DNA of 64,000 nt from Candidatus Izemoplasmatales bacterium (GCA_050949045.1 JBMNEZ010000001.1:1248001-1312000); one strand, 5' to 3'. Positions 52,990-62,835 are shown, numbered from the stretch's first letter. Notes: generated from the letters alone by a model not told the origin. Numbers and translations are program-made.

Positions 52990-54166
52990 CATAATCCAGG
53001 TAATCGCGATCTTCATCGTTCCCTTCTTCATCATCAAATTCCATAATTTTAAACTCACTAAGCTTGTGGGAACGATCGGAATGGCATATCTGCTCGGTCT
53101 CCTTGTTGCGCTTTCCATCTTTGCCTTGCGCAAGTTAGGCGTCGATGTTCAGATTAACACTGATATTGGCGAGATCGGCTCTCACGTTGCGATCGGGATT
53201 GCGATCCCGCTGCTTTTGTTCAGTTCTAACCTCAAAGAGGCAAAAAAGTTGTCAAAATCGGTGTTGCTTTCATTTGGTTCGCTGCTTGTTTCTGTGGTTC
53301 TTGTTTCAATCATAACATTTTATTTGTATGGAAGAAAACTGGAATACGGAGCTGAATTATCGGGAATGGCAATCGGGGTTTATACCGGCGGCACGCCGAA
53401 TTTGAACGCGATCGCCAACATTTTCGGTCTGGACGCGACCACGATCGGCATCGCCAATCTTTCCGACATGCTCATCGGCGCCGTTTTCTATATGTTTCTG
53501 TTGCTCTTTTGCAAGCCCCTTTTATCCAAGTTTTTGAAAGCTCCGCAGACATTCGATTACATGCGGGAGGAGACTTCGATTACCAACACCGAAGATTTTG
53601 ATTTCAAGGAATTCAAGCGCTCCAAACCGCTTGTCAAGGCATTCTTCCTAGCTTTTGGAATGGCTGCGTTAGGAGCCGGCCTTGGGGTGTTGGTTTGGGT
53701 CATTTTGGGGATGCAAGAAGGAAAAATGACGGATCTTCTGGTTCCAACAATGATGATTACCGTCACTGTTCTCGGTATTTTGGGCTCTTTCAACAAAAAG
53801 ATCCGGGGAGTCAAAGGAACCAACGTTGTCGGCCAATACCTGATCCTCGTCTTCTCCTTTGCACTCGCTTCATCGATGGACTTGATGAAAGTTCAAGGAG
53901 ACTTCTTAAAAATCATGCTGGTGTTTCTATCGGTGACAATCGGCAGTTTCGTTGTTCATATCATTTTTTCCAAGTTATTGAATATTGATGTCGACTGTGC
54001 GATAGTGACCGCAACAGCCGGCATCTATGGACTGGCTTTCATTCCAGCAGTAACCAAGCAAATTAAAAATGACGCTCTGACCGTTCCTGGATTGATTTGT
54101 GGGTCGATCGGATATGCAATCGGCACCTTTCTTGGAGTAGGCGTCAGCCTTCTACTCATGCTTTGA
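52979..54166 (+). CDS. DUF819 family membrane protein (putative transporter)
   Basis: AIPLLLFSSNL, GVYTGGTPNL and terminal GYAIGTFLG. Confidence 0.8.
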   Translation: MIYSIIQVIAIFIVPFFIIKFHNFKLTKLVGTIGMAYLLGLLVALSIFALRKLGVDVQINTDIGEIGSHVAIGIAIPLLLFSSNLKEAKKLSKSVLLSFGSLLVSVVLVSIITFYLYGRKLEYGAELSGMAIGVYTGGTPNLNAIANIFGLDATTIGIANLSDMLIGAVFYMFLLLFCKPLLSKFLKAPQTFDYMREETSITNTEDFDFKEFKRSKPLVKAFFLAFGMAALGAGLGVLVWVILGMQEGKMTDLLVPTMMITVTVLGILGSFNKKIRGVKGTNVVGQYLILVFSFALASSMDLMKVQGDFLKIMLVFLSVTIGSFVVHIIFSKLLNIDVDCAIVTATAGIYGLAFIPAVTKQIKNDALTVPGLICGSIGYAIGTFLGVGVSLLLML

Positions 54167-54235
54167 GATCAAGCGCTATCTTGTTTTAGACACCTTTTAC
54201 TTGCATAATACATTGAAAAGAAGTGTTGGCGATAA

Positions 54236-54652
54236 ATGAACTTGATAACGGAGAAATCGTGCGGCGGCGTTGTTTTCCGTTCGTTCGACTCAATCAGGCA
54301 GTATTTGCTTGTCCATATGCTTTCCGGCCATTGGTCTTTTCCCAAGGGGCATATGGAGACAGGGGAATCAGAAAAGGAAACTGCAATGCGCGAGATTAAG
54401 GAAGAAACCAATCTTGATGTCGACATCGTTCCCGGATTTCGAGAATCGATCACCTATTCTCCCCGAAGCTTTGTCGTCAAGGAAGTGGTATATTTCCTTT
54501 GTCGCCCGAACATTGCCGATGTGATTCCCCAATTCGAGGAAATCCAAGGGGCAAAATGGTTCAATTTCAATGAGGCTTTGAATCAGTTAACTTACCAGAA
54601 AGACCGAAATATTCTTCAACTGGCAGAAGCCTTTATAAATCGAATAAAATAG
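54236..54652 (+). CDS. Nudix hydrolase (Ap4A hydrolase-like)
   Basis: EKSCGGVVF, HWSFPKGH.E.GE...ETAMREIKEET Nudix box. Confidence 0.88.
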   Translation: MNLITEKSCGGVVFRSFDSIRQYLLVHMLSGHWSFPKGHMETGESEKETAMREIKEETNLDVDIVPGFRESITYSPRSFVVKEVVYFLCRPNIADVIPQFEEIQGAKWFNFNEALNQLTYQKDRNILQLAEAFINRIK

Positions 54653-54685
54653 TTGTTTTTTACCACTTGGTTTGCTCTTATTTTA

Positions 54686-54714
54686 TTGACAACGCTTACA
54701 TATTGCTATATAAT
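54686..54714 (+). promoter_or_regulatory. Consensus sigma-A promoter of the lysine catabolic operon
   Basis: TTGACA (54686-54691), 17 bp spacer, TATAAT (54709-54714). Confidence 0.85.
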
Positions 54715-54732
54715 ATTTGACGGAAATATCCA

Positions 54733-54894
54733 AACAGAGGAGCGGCATATGGAGTACTTTGCCGGTATCGATGAGGCGGGCCTCAGACACGGCAAAAGAA
54801 GGGATATGTCGCCGAAAGACGACTTCTGCCCGCGGTTGTTATCTTGGTATTGAAGCCACCGCTTCCATACTGCCATCGCTGATGGAGAGCTGTT
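54733..54894 (+). ncRNA. Lysine riboswitch (L-box) aptamer
   Basis: AGAGGAGC...AGTA...GAAGGG...GCCGAA...ACTGCCAT...ATGGAGAGCT; P1 aacag/ctgtt; kissing partners gcgggc/gcccgc; upstream of lysine genes. Confidence 0.9.
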
Positions 54895-54920
54895 ATATGC
54901 ATAATATGACAGCTCTTTTT
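54886..54920 (+). terminator. Riboswitch expression-platform terminator
   Basis: agagctgttatat-gcata-atatgacagctct followed by tttt; overlaps the 3' strand of P1. Confidence 0.85.
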
Positions 54921-54940
54921 ATTACAAGGAGGGAATCAAA

Positions 54941-55372
54941 TTGAACTGTTATCCAATTGATAAACTCAGTCTTAATCAGGAAGCGGTTTATACAAAGACA
55001 ATCACGCTTGAAGACATCGAAAGTTTTGCTCGGATCACCGGTGATCACAATCCCGTCCATATGGATGAGGCTTACGCGGCAAAAACACCGTTTGGTTCCC
55101 GCGTTGCCCACGGGATGCTGGCAGGATCATTGTTCAGCACCATCTTCGGCGTTGTTCTGCCGGGTCTTGGCAGCATCTATACCAAGCAGAACTTAAAATT
55201 CACGAAACCAGTCTATCCCGGTGACACAATCACGGCAAAAGTCATCATCAAGGAACTGATCATCGAAAGAAATCGAGTGGTTTTCGATTGTTTGGCAACC
55301 AATCAAAACAATGAAACCGTCATTGTCGGCGAAGCGGAGATCATGCCGACAAAAACAGAGATTAAGAAGTGA
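54941..55372 (+). CDS. MaoC/PhaJ family (R)-specific enoyl-CoA hydratase
   Basis: FARITGDHNPVH.D, RVAHGML, LPGLGSIY..Q.LKF..PVY.GD. Confidence 0.88.
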   Translation: MNCYPIDKLSLNQEAVYTKTITLEDIESFARITGDHNPVHMDEAYAAKTPFGSRVAHGMLAGSLFSTIFGVVLPGLGSIYTKQNLKFTKPVYPGDTITAKVIIKELIIERNRVVFDCLATNQNNETVIVGEAEIMPTKTEIKK

Positions 55373-55496
55373 AGGGCATAATTATAAAACAAAGAATCCA
55401 AGAACTTTTGAAAGATTGAATGACAATCATGATCAAAGACACTGAAACCAAATAAATTGGCAACAATGTGATACCTATGAAAGGAATGTGATACTG

Positions 55497-55880
55497 ATGA
55501 AGACAACCTTGAGGGTTCGTATGTCTCAACTTGATGCTCATTACGGCGGAAATCTCGTCGACGGAGCCAGGATCATGGCTCTCTTTGGCGACGTCGCCAC
55601 CGAACTGTTGATTCAAAACGACGGAGACGAAGGGCTTTTCCGCTCATACTCGGAAGTCAATTTTCTCGCTCCGGTTTTTGCGGGTGATTTTCTTGAAGTT
55701 ACCGGTGAAATCATCCATGTCGGCAACACTTCGAGAAAAATAGAGTTTGCCTGTTACAAATACGTGGCCGCGAGACCGGATCTCAGCCCTTCGGCTGCCG
55801 ATTATCTAACGGACAAAGTGCTCGTTGCCACGGCGACGGGAACCTGTGTGGTTCCGAAAAATTCACAAAGGCAACCATGA
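55497..55880 (+). CDS. kal: 3-aminobutyryl-CoA ammonia lyase
   Basis: [32 protein letters not shown]. Confidence 0.93.
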   Translation: MKTTLRVRMSQLDAHYGGNLVDGARIMALFGDVATELLIQNDGDEGLFRSYSEVNFLAPVFAGDFLEVTGEIIHVGNTSRKIEFACYKYVAARPDLSPSAADYLTDKVLVATATGTCVVPKNSQRQP

Positions 55881-56716
55881 ACAAGCTGATCATCACCTGC
55901 GCGATCACGGGTGCGGAAGTCACCAAAGCAATGAATCCCGCGGTTCCCTATACCATCCAGGAAATTCAAGAGGCTGCTTACGAGGCTTATTTGGCCGGCG
56001 CCAGCATCATCCACTTGCATGCCCGTTTTGACGACGGAACTCCGACACAGGATAAGGCAAGATACCAGAAATTGATCGCTGCCATTCGTGAGAAAGCCAG
56101 GGATGTGATCATCCAAGTTTCCACCGGAGGTGCGGTCGGAATGACAAGAACAGAACGCGCCCAGCCGCTCATGCTCGATCCGGAAATGGCGACGCTCGAC
56201 TGTGGGACTCTCAATTTCGGTGGCGACGATATCTTCGTCAACACCGAAAACGACATCATTTATTTCGCCAAACTTATGAATGATAAAGGCATCCGTTATG
56301 AGCTTGAATGCTTTGAAAAAGGCCATATAGATATGGCTCTACGGCTTTTTAAGAAAGGAATCATCAAAGAGCCGCTCCATTTTAGTTTTGTCCTTGGTGT
56401 GAACGGCGGCATGACTGGTGAAGAACGTGACTTTCATTTTCTTAGGGAAAGCATCCCCGAAAAAGCCACTTTCAGTGTCGCCGGTATTGGGCGGTATGAA
56501 TTTCCTCTGGCCAGATACGCGATTCAAACCGGCGGGCATGTCCGCGTTGGTTTGGAAGACAATCTATATCTTGAAAAGAATGTTTTGGCGGGATCGAACC
56601 GGGAATTGGTGGAGAAAGTTGTCAACATCGCAAAAGAATACAAGCGAGCGATCGCCTCTCCCGAGGAAGCCAGGGCGATCCTGAGAATGGAGAGCAGATA
56701 TGGAAAAACCGTCTAG
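55877..56716 (+). CDS. kce: 3-keto-5-aminohexanoate cleavage enzyme
   Basis: [41 protein letters not shown]. Confidence 0.93.
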   Translation: MNKLIITCAITGAEVTKAMNPAVPYTIQEIQEAAYEAYLAGASIIHLHARFDDGTPTQDKARYQKLIAAIREKARDVIIQVSTGGAVGMTRTERAQPLMLDPEMATLDCGTLNFGGDDIFVNTENDIIYFAKLMNDKGIRYELECFEKGHIDMALRLFKKGIIKEPLHFSFVLGVNGGMTGEERDFHFLRESIPEKATFSVAGIGRYEFPLARYAIQTGGHVRVGLEDNLYLEKNVLAGSNRELVEKVVNIAKEYKRAIASPEEARAILRMESRYGKTV

Positions 56717-57740
56717 ATTCGGAACCCACCGCGTTATTAAACCCAAAGGCGTTTTGCCTCAGGCGGCGGACAAGTTGGACAACGAGATGGTTTGTCGGGA
56801 AAACGAAATATTAATTGATGTGACGACACTCAATGTCGATTCAGCGTCGTTCACTCAAATCAAAGCCGCCTGTCATGACGATATTTCCCTAATGAAAGAG
56901 ATGATCATGAAAATCGTTTCCGAAAGAGGGAAATTGCAAAATCCCGTAACCGGATCGGGAGGAATGTTTATTGGCATAGTTAAAGAAATTGGTAAGAGCC
57001 TCAAAAGAGACCTCAAGCCCGGCGATGAGATCGCTTCGCTCGTTTCTTTATCCTTAACACCAATTAAGATTGACAAGATCCATGCCATACATCAGGAACA
57101 ATGCCAAGTCGACATCACCGGCCAAGCGATCCTTTTTGAATCGGGAATCTATGCAAAAATTCCCAAAGACTTGCCTTCAAAGCTCGTGCTTTCGGCGCTT
57201 GATGTCTGCGGAGCTCCGGCTCAGACGGCGAAACTCGTCAAGCCCAAAGACAGCGTCTTTATCATCGGCGGAGCCGGGAAAAGCGGTTTGCTCTGTGCCT
57301 ACCAAGCACGAAAATCAGCGACCAAAAGCGGAAAAATCATCGCTCTCATCAACGACGAACGGCAAAAGCCGGATCTTGAACGTCTCGGGGTGTGTGATCA
57401 TATTATTTTAGGCGATGCACGTAAACCGGTCGATGTCTATGAACAGGTTCTCGCTGTCAACGACAATCAAAAAGTAGATGTGACGATCAATGTCGTCAAC
57501 GTACCGAATACGGAGCTATCCTCGATTATGCCGACAAAGGACGAGGGAATGGTCTATTTCTTCAGTATGGCTACCTCGTTTACCAAGGCTGCTCTTGGAG
57601 CCGAGGGGATCGCCTCGGAGGTGAAGATGCTGATTGGCAATGGCTATACGAAAAACCATGCGGAACTGACGCTTGATTTGTTCCGAGAATCCCGACAACT
57701 ATATGATATTTTTATGGAAAGATACGGAAAGTTGGAATAA
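56700..57740 (+). CDS. kdd: L-erythro-3,5-diaminohexanoate dehydrogenase
   Basis: GTHRVI.PKGVLPQ.A, NPVTGSGGM, LVSLSLTP, FFSMATSFTKAALGAEG. Confidence 0.93.
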   Translation: MEKPSRFGTHRVIKPKGVLPQAADKLDNEMVCRENEILIDVTTLNVDSASFTQIKAACHDDISLMKEMIMKIVSERGKLQNPVTGSGGMFIGIVKEIGKSLKRDLKPGDEIASLVSLSLTPIKIDKIHAIHQEQCQVDITGQAILFESGIYAKIPKDLPSKLVLSALDVCGAPAQTAKLVKPKDSVFIIGGAGKSGLLCAYQARKSATKSGKIIALINDERQKPDLERLGVCDHIILGDARKPVDVYEQVLAVNDNQKVDVTINVVNVPNTELSSIMPTKDEGMVYFFSMATSFTKAALGAEGIASEVKMLIGNGYTKNHAELTLDLFRESRQLYDIFMERYGKLE

Positions 57741-57741
57741 T

Positions 57742-59007
57742 ATGATTAAGACGAATGATACGTATTTAATTAGGAAAACAAAATATTTTCCTGACGTCTC
57801 CGATGACAAGTGGTCGGATTGGCATTGGCAAGTCAAAAATCGAATCACCAGTGTCGAGGCTTTAAAAAAATTCATACCGCAATCCGAACAAGAACAAGAT
57901 GATATCAAGAATGTCCTTTCCAAATTCAGGATGGCGATCACTCCTTATTATCTGACTTTGATCGACCCAGACAATCCGGATTGCCCGATCAAGAAACAAG
58001 CGGTCCCCGGGGTTGAAGAGTTGATTCAAGGGAAGAACGATCTTCTTGATCCTCTTGACGAGGATGTTGATTCGCCGGTTCCCGGACTGACACACCGTTA
58101 TCCCGACCGGGTGCTTTTTCTGATCACCGATATGTGCAGTATGTACTGCAGGCATTGTACAAGAAGAAGATTTGCCGGCCAAAAAGACATGCCCGCGCCC
58201 AAACAAAGGATTGACCAGGCTATCGAGTACATCGCCAGAACTCCCGCGATTCGCGATGTGCTTTTGTCCGGCGGAGACGCTTTGTTGATGGAAGATGAGG
58301 TTTTAGAAGATATCATCGCCAGAATCCGAGCGATCGATCACGTCGAGATTATCAGAATCGGCACTAGGACACCTGTCGTTATGCCGCAAAGGATAACCGA
58401 CAGTCTGGTGAATATGCTCAAGAAGTATCATCCGATTTGGGTCAACACCCATTTCAATCATTATGATGAAATCACCCTTGAAAGTCGCAAAGCCATCGAG
58501 AAATTGGTCAATGCCGGTATTCCGCTAGGGAATCAGAGCGTGCTGCTCAGGGGCGTCAACGATTGTGTCCACATCATGAGGAAACTAGTCACCAAGTTGA
58601 CCGAGATTAGAGTAAGGCCATATTATCTTTATCAATGCGATTTGTCGCTTGGGATCGAACACTTCCGAACACCGGTTTCTAAAGGCATCGAGATCATTGA
58701 AGGCCTTCGGGGGCATGTCAGCGGTTTCTGTGTACCGACGTTTGTCGTTGACGGACCAAAGGGCGGCGGAAAGATCCCGGTGATGCCCAATTATATCGTT
58801 TCTCAAGCACCGGGAAAAATCGTGCTCAGAAACTACGAAGGTGTCATCACCACATACAGCGAACCTAGGGATTATACCTCTAAATGTAATTGCGAAGATT
58901 GTCAAAAGAATGGCCGTAACGAAGGCATCAGCGCGCTTCTTAGCGGCCAGAAGATTGTCATCGAACCCAGCTCCCTTGAAAGAAGAGAACGAACATCAAA
59001 ACACTAG
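57742..59007 (+). CDS. kamA: L-lysine 2,3-aminomutase (radical SAM/PLP)
   Basis: W.DWHWQ, THRYPDRVL, CSMYCRHCTRRR, PYYLYQCD, GGGKIP, LRNYEG. Confidence 0.96.
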   Translation: MIKTNDTYLIRKTKYFPDVSDDKWSDWHWQVKNRITSVEALKKFIPQSEQEQDDIKNVLSKFRMAITPYYLTLIDPDNPDCPIKKQAVPGVEELIQGKNDLLDPLDEDVDSPVPGLTHRYPDRVLFLITDMCSMYCRHCTRRRFAGQKDMPAPKQRIDQAIEYIARTPAIRDVLLSGGDALLMEDEVLEDIIARIRAIDHVEIIRIGTRTPVVMPQRITDSLVNMLKKYHPIWVNTHFNHYDEITLESRKAIEKLVNAGIPLGNQSVLLRGVNDCVHIMRKLVTKLTEIRVRPYYLYQCDLSLGIEHFRTPVSKGIEIIEGLRGHVSGFCVPTFVVDGPKGGGKIPVMPNYIVSQAPGKIVLRNYEGVITTYSEPRDYTSKCNCEDCQKNGRNEGISALLSGQKIVIEPSSLERRERTSKH

Positions 59008-60017
59008 TCGAGAAAATCATCCCTTATCAGATCATCAGCATTATCGGCAACGCCAAAAACGCCGGCAAGACAACTGTCTTGAACAGTTTCATACCGGATT
59101 TTGCCACCGAAGCCGTTGGCTTGACATCAATCGGCATGGATGGAGAGGCGATCGACAATTTGACGTTTCTTCCAAAACCGCGAGTGACAGCTTATCCTGG
59201 CTTTTTAGTTGCCACTGCCGAAAAATGCCTTGATGTCTGCGAGGCAGAATATGAGTTAATTGAAAAAACCAATCTTAGAACACCGCTTGGACAAATATCA
59301 ATCGTCAAGATCAACAAAGCCGGGCGTGTATTGATCGCCGGACCCTCAAAGATTAACGATATGGAAATAGTGGTTAATAAGATGCTTTCCCTTGGTGCGG
59401 CCAAGGTTTTCATTGATGGCGCTTTTTCGAGGAGATCCTCCTCGAAACTCGCTACAGCGACGATCCTGGTGATCGGCGCCAACCGCTCTCCGGTTATGGA
59501 AACGGTTCTAAGGGATGCACGAATCATCGTTGACAAACTGACCATCAAGGGAGTGGAAAAGAAACTCGAACCCCTTAATAGATGCAAACAGATCATAGCC
59601 GTTGATGACAAAGACAACTTTCACAAATATGATGGAGATTCTGTCATCACCGAACCGGAAAAAGTCTTTGATTGGATCAACTCTCGGTGGAAATACCTCT
59701 ATGTTCCAAACGCAGTGGGAATCGTATTTTTAAGATTGATGGTAAAAGACTTGTCCAAAAAATTCATCCTAGTGATGAATGATCCCGCGAGCTTGCAGAC
59801 CGACGAAACACTCGATAAACAGATCGGCGCTCTCAAAGATCGGTTACGCGTCATCCGTCCCGTCAATCTTGTGGCGGTATGCATCAACCCAACATCCCCC
59901 CGCGGATATGTTTTTGAAGAACAAATTTTTCATAGAGAATTGGAAAGTAGATTGAATCTTAAAGTGATAAACGTATTAACAAAGGTCGGTGATGATCATG
60001 AACAAACTCAATCTTGA
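58989..60017 (+). CDS. kamB: KamB-like protein (putative lysine 5,6-aminomutase reactivase subunit); non-canonical ACG start
   Basis: The frame upstream of the listed TTG encodes ISIIGNAKNAGKTTVLN, then GLTSIG.DGE..D and FIDGA; located between kamA and kamD. Confidence 0.75.
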   Translation, partial: TNIKTLVEKIIPYQIISIIGNAKNAGKTTVLNSFIPDFATEAVGLTSIGMDGEAIDNLTFLPKPRVTAYPGFLVATAEKCLDVCEAEYELIEKTNLRTPLGQISIVKINKAGRVLIAGPSKINDMEIVVNKMLSLGAAKVFIDGAFSRRSSSKLATATILVIGANRSPVMETVLRDARIIVDKLTIKGVEKKLEPLNRCKQIIAVDDKDNFHKYDGDSVITEPEKVFDWINSRWKYLYVPNAVGIVFLRLMVKDLSKKFILVMNDPASLQTDETLDKQIGALKDRLRVIRPVNLVAVCINPTSPRGYVFEEQIFHRELESRLNLKVINVLTKVGDDHEQTQS

Positions 60018-61548
60018 TCAACTAACGATCGCCAAATGCCGGGAACGGGCCAACAAGATCGCTACCGATGTGCATAATTTCATCCATCAACACACCACCG
60101 TCTCGGTCGAAAGGACGGCTTGTCGTTTGCTTGGTATTGATGGTGTTGATAAATTCGATGTTCCTATAGTCAACTTGATCGTTGATGATATTCTTAAAAA
60201 TGGCGATCTCGGCTTGGGCGTTTCAACCTATCTTGCGGCCAGCCTGAAAGCAACCAATCTTGATCTATCGACTTTAGTCGAAAGATTTCTTGATGGCCGG
60301 GAAAGCCTGACAAAACACCCTTTACCCGGCGCCGAAGAGACTACAACAATCCTTAGACCGTATTTTGAAAACCCTCTTTCCCAAATCAAGAAAAACCGTA
60401 AACTGAGAAGCGAACTAAAGAATAAATATCCGCGAAAACAAACGGAAATATATGTTATCGTCGCCACTGGCAACATCTATGAAGATGAGATTCAAGCGAA
60501 AGCGGCTGCCAAGGCCGGCGCTGACATCATCGCTGTGATCAGATCGACGGGCCAGTCCCTGCTTGACTATGTTCCCTACGGGATCACTACCGAAGGTTTT
60601 GGCGGCACTTATGCGACCCAGGCAAATTTCAAACTAATGCGGCAAGCCCTTGATGAAGTATCACAAAGCGAACAACGCTATATCAGCCTTGTCAATTACG
60701 CTTCCGGATTATGCATGCCCGAAATTGCCGCAATGGCCGCTTTGGAACGGCTTGATATCTTATTAAATGATAGTCTTTATGGGATCATTTTTCGCGATAT
60801 TAATATGCAAAGAACTTTCATTGATCAATATTTTTCCCGGCTGATCAACGCCTATGCCGGTATCATCATCAATACCGGGGAAGACAATTATCTAACGACA
60901 AGCGATGCTTTCGAGGAAGCTCACACCGTGTTGGCTTCGCAGTTCATCAATGAAGCGTTTGCTAAAAAAGCGCGTCTTCCGGAAAACCTAATGGGACTTG
61001 GCCATGCATTTGAAATCGATCCACTGATCAAGGACAGTTTTCTGTTTGAGTTGGCCCAAGCCCAAATGGCTAGAGAAATTTTTCCGAATGCGCCGCTCAA
61101 ATATATGCCGCCGACAAAACACATAACTGGCAATATTTTCAGGGCTTACCAACAAAACACTATGTTCAACATGGTTGCTTCTATGACCGGCCAGTCGATC
61201 CATCTCCTTGGGATGATGACGGAAGCGATCCATACACCATTTATGGCGGATCGTTATTTGGCGATCGAAAACGCCAAACTTGTCAATAACGCAGTGGCTT
61301 CATTTCAGGATGAGATCAGTTTCAAATCCGGAGGCTTGATCGAGACTAGGGCAAAAACCGTTTTGGACAATGCTAAAGCGCTTTTGGACCATATTGAGGA
61401 GATTGGCCTCTTCAAGGCGCTTGAAGCCGGAATGTTTGCCGGCACCAAAAGGCCATTTGCCGGCGGTAAGGGGCTCGATGGCGTAGTAAAGAAAAACAGA
61501 ACATATGTCAATGTCATCCAACAGGCGATGGAAGGTGAGTTGTCATGA
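59998..61548 (+). CDS. kamD: Lysine 5,6-aminomutase alpha subunit
   Basis: HTTVSVER, YVIVATGNIYED, QSLLDYVPYG.TTEGFGGT, KYMPPTK. Confidence 0.95.
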   Translation: MNKLNLDQLTIAKCRERANKIATDVHNFIHQHTTVSVERTACRLLGIDGVDKFDVPIVNLIVDDILKNGDLGLGVSTYLAASLKATNLDLSTLVERFLDGRESLTKHPLPGAEETTTILRPYFENPLSQIKKNRKLRSELKNKYPRKQTEIYVIVATGNIYEDEIQAKAAAKAGADIIAVIRSTGQSLLDYVPYGITTEGFGGTYATQANFKLMRQALDEVSQSEQRYISLVNYASGLCMPEIAAMAALERLDILLNDSLYGIIFRDINMQRTFIDQYFSRLINAYAGIIINTGEDNYLTTSDAFEEAHTVLASQFINEAFAKKARLPENLMGLGHAFEIDPLIKDSFLFELAQAQMAREIFPNAPLKYMPPTKHITGNIFRAYQQNTMFNMVASMTGQSIHLLGMMTEAIHTPFMADRYLAIENAKLVNNAVASFQDEISFKSGGLIETRAKTVLDNAKALLDHIEEIGLFKALEAGMFAGTKRPFAGGKGLDGVVKKNRTYVNVIQQAMEGELS

Positions 61549-62279
61549 AAGTCAGACCATATGGAGATACCTTGTCGGATGGCAAAGTTCAAATAAGTTT
61601 CACTTTGCCTGTGGGAGCGGATGCAGTTGGCATCGAAGCCGCAAAAGTCCTGGCAAAGGAAATGGGATTGGTAGATCCCCAGGTTGTTAACGTCGAAGCA
61701 ATCGGCGAAGGGTTCTCGTTTTTCATCATCTACGGAACGGTACCTTTTACGGTCGATTTGGACAAAATTCATGTCGAAGAGGTTAAAACCAGAGCTTACT
61801 CTCGCGAGGAGATTGAGGACTTGATCGAGACGAAAATCGGTCGGACAATCGTTTTTGTCGGCGCCTCGACAGGTACCGACGCACATACCGTCGGTATCGA
61901 TGCGATTATGAACATGAAAGGTTTTGCCGGCCATTACGGGCTGGAACGCTACAAGCATATCAAAGCTCATAACCTTGGCAGCCAAGTGCCTAATGAAGAG
62001 TTCGTCAAACAAGCCAAACTGCTCAAAGCCGATGTGTTGCTTGTCAGCCAGACGGTCACCCAGAAAGATATCCATCTCCGCAACATGACTGAGCTTGTCG
62101 AGCTTTTGGAAGCCGAAAACCTGCGCGACAAAGTCATTTTGATTGCGGGAGGAGCGAGAATAACTCATGAGCTCGCCAAGGAACTCGGCTACGACGCCGG
62201 CTTTGGCCCGGGGTCGTTTGCCGAAGATGTCGCCTCGTTTGCGGTTCAGGAATTGATTGACCGTGGGAAAGGTGTATAA
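61545..62279 (+). CDS. kamE: Lysine 5,6-aminomutase beta subunit (B12-binding)
   Basis: PYGDT..DGKVQ.SFTLP, DAHTVGIDAIMNMKG, LVSQTVTQK. Confidence 0.95.
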   Translation: MKVRPYGDTLSDGKVQISFTLPVGADAVGIEAAKVLAKEMGLVDPQVVNVEAIGEGFSFFIIYGTVPFTVDLDKIHVEEVKTRAYSREEIEDLIETKIGRTIVFVGASTGTDAHTVGIDAIMNMKGFAGHYGLERYKHIKAHNLGSQVPNEEFVKQAKLLKADVLLVSQTVTQKDIHLRNMTELVELLEAENLRDKVILIAGGARITHELAKELGYDAGFGPGSFAEDVASFAVQELIDRGKGV

Positions 62280-62310
62280 TAAAAGCGAAAGTTGCCAAAA
62301 GGAGGAAACT

Positions 62311-62835
62311 ATGAAATCTGCCAGCATTAGCGTGATATCCACAAAGACCGGAGACAAGGGATACTCGAGTGATTATTCGGGCAAAAGGCATAAAAAAAAT
62401 GACAAACTTTTTGAGGTGCTCGGAACCATCGACGAACTCAGTTCCTGGATTGGGATCTGTTATCAAGCGACAAAAAAAGCAGAACTCAGAAAAATCCAAA
62501 CCAACCTCCAGACCATCAATTCGATGATTGCAACTTCGCCAGAGCATCCGAACTACCTCAAACTAACGCTTCTCAATGCAACAGATGTCGCTTGGCTCGA
62601 AGCCAACGAACAGACATTACTTGACAAGGTTGATTTCAAAAAGGCATTCATCCTTCCGGGAAGCGACAGTTCAAAAGAAGGAGCTTGGTTTGATCTTGCC
62701 CGCGCGGTTGCCAGGCGGGCGGAAAGGCGTTTCTTTGCTTACCTTAATTTGACTAAACGGACTGATTTGGATCAATGCGGAAGCTATCTTAACCGCTTGA
62801 GCGATCTTCTTTTTCTTATGGCAAGAGCGAGTTGA
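62311..62835 (+). CDS. PduO-type ATP:cob(I)alamin adenosyltransferase
   Basis: TKTGDKG, GTIDELSSWIG, FILPG, ARAVARRAER, YLNRLSDLLF. Confidence 0.92.
   Translation: MKSASISVISTKTGDKGYSSDYSGKRHKKNDKLFEVLGTIDELSSWIGICYQATKKAELRKIQTNLQTINSMIATSPEHPNYLKLTLLNATDVAWLEANEQTLLDKVDFKKAFILPGSDSSKEGAWFDLARAVARRAERRFFAYLNLTKRTDLDQCGSYLNRLSDLLFLMARAS

Noticed and set aside
54653..54944. Two short ORFs (66 aa and 75 aa) upstream of maoC
   Set aside because: They overlie the promoter, lysine riboswitch and terminator.
57673..57741. Longer kamA start
   Set aside because: It overlaps kdd; the ATG at 57742 directly after the kdd stop is more plausible.
61305..62357. 350-aa antisense ORF
   Set aside because: Shadow of kamD/kamE with no independent motifs.
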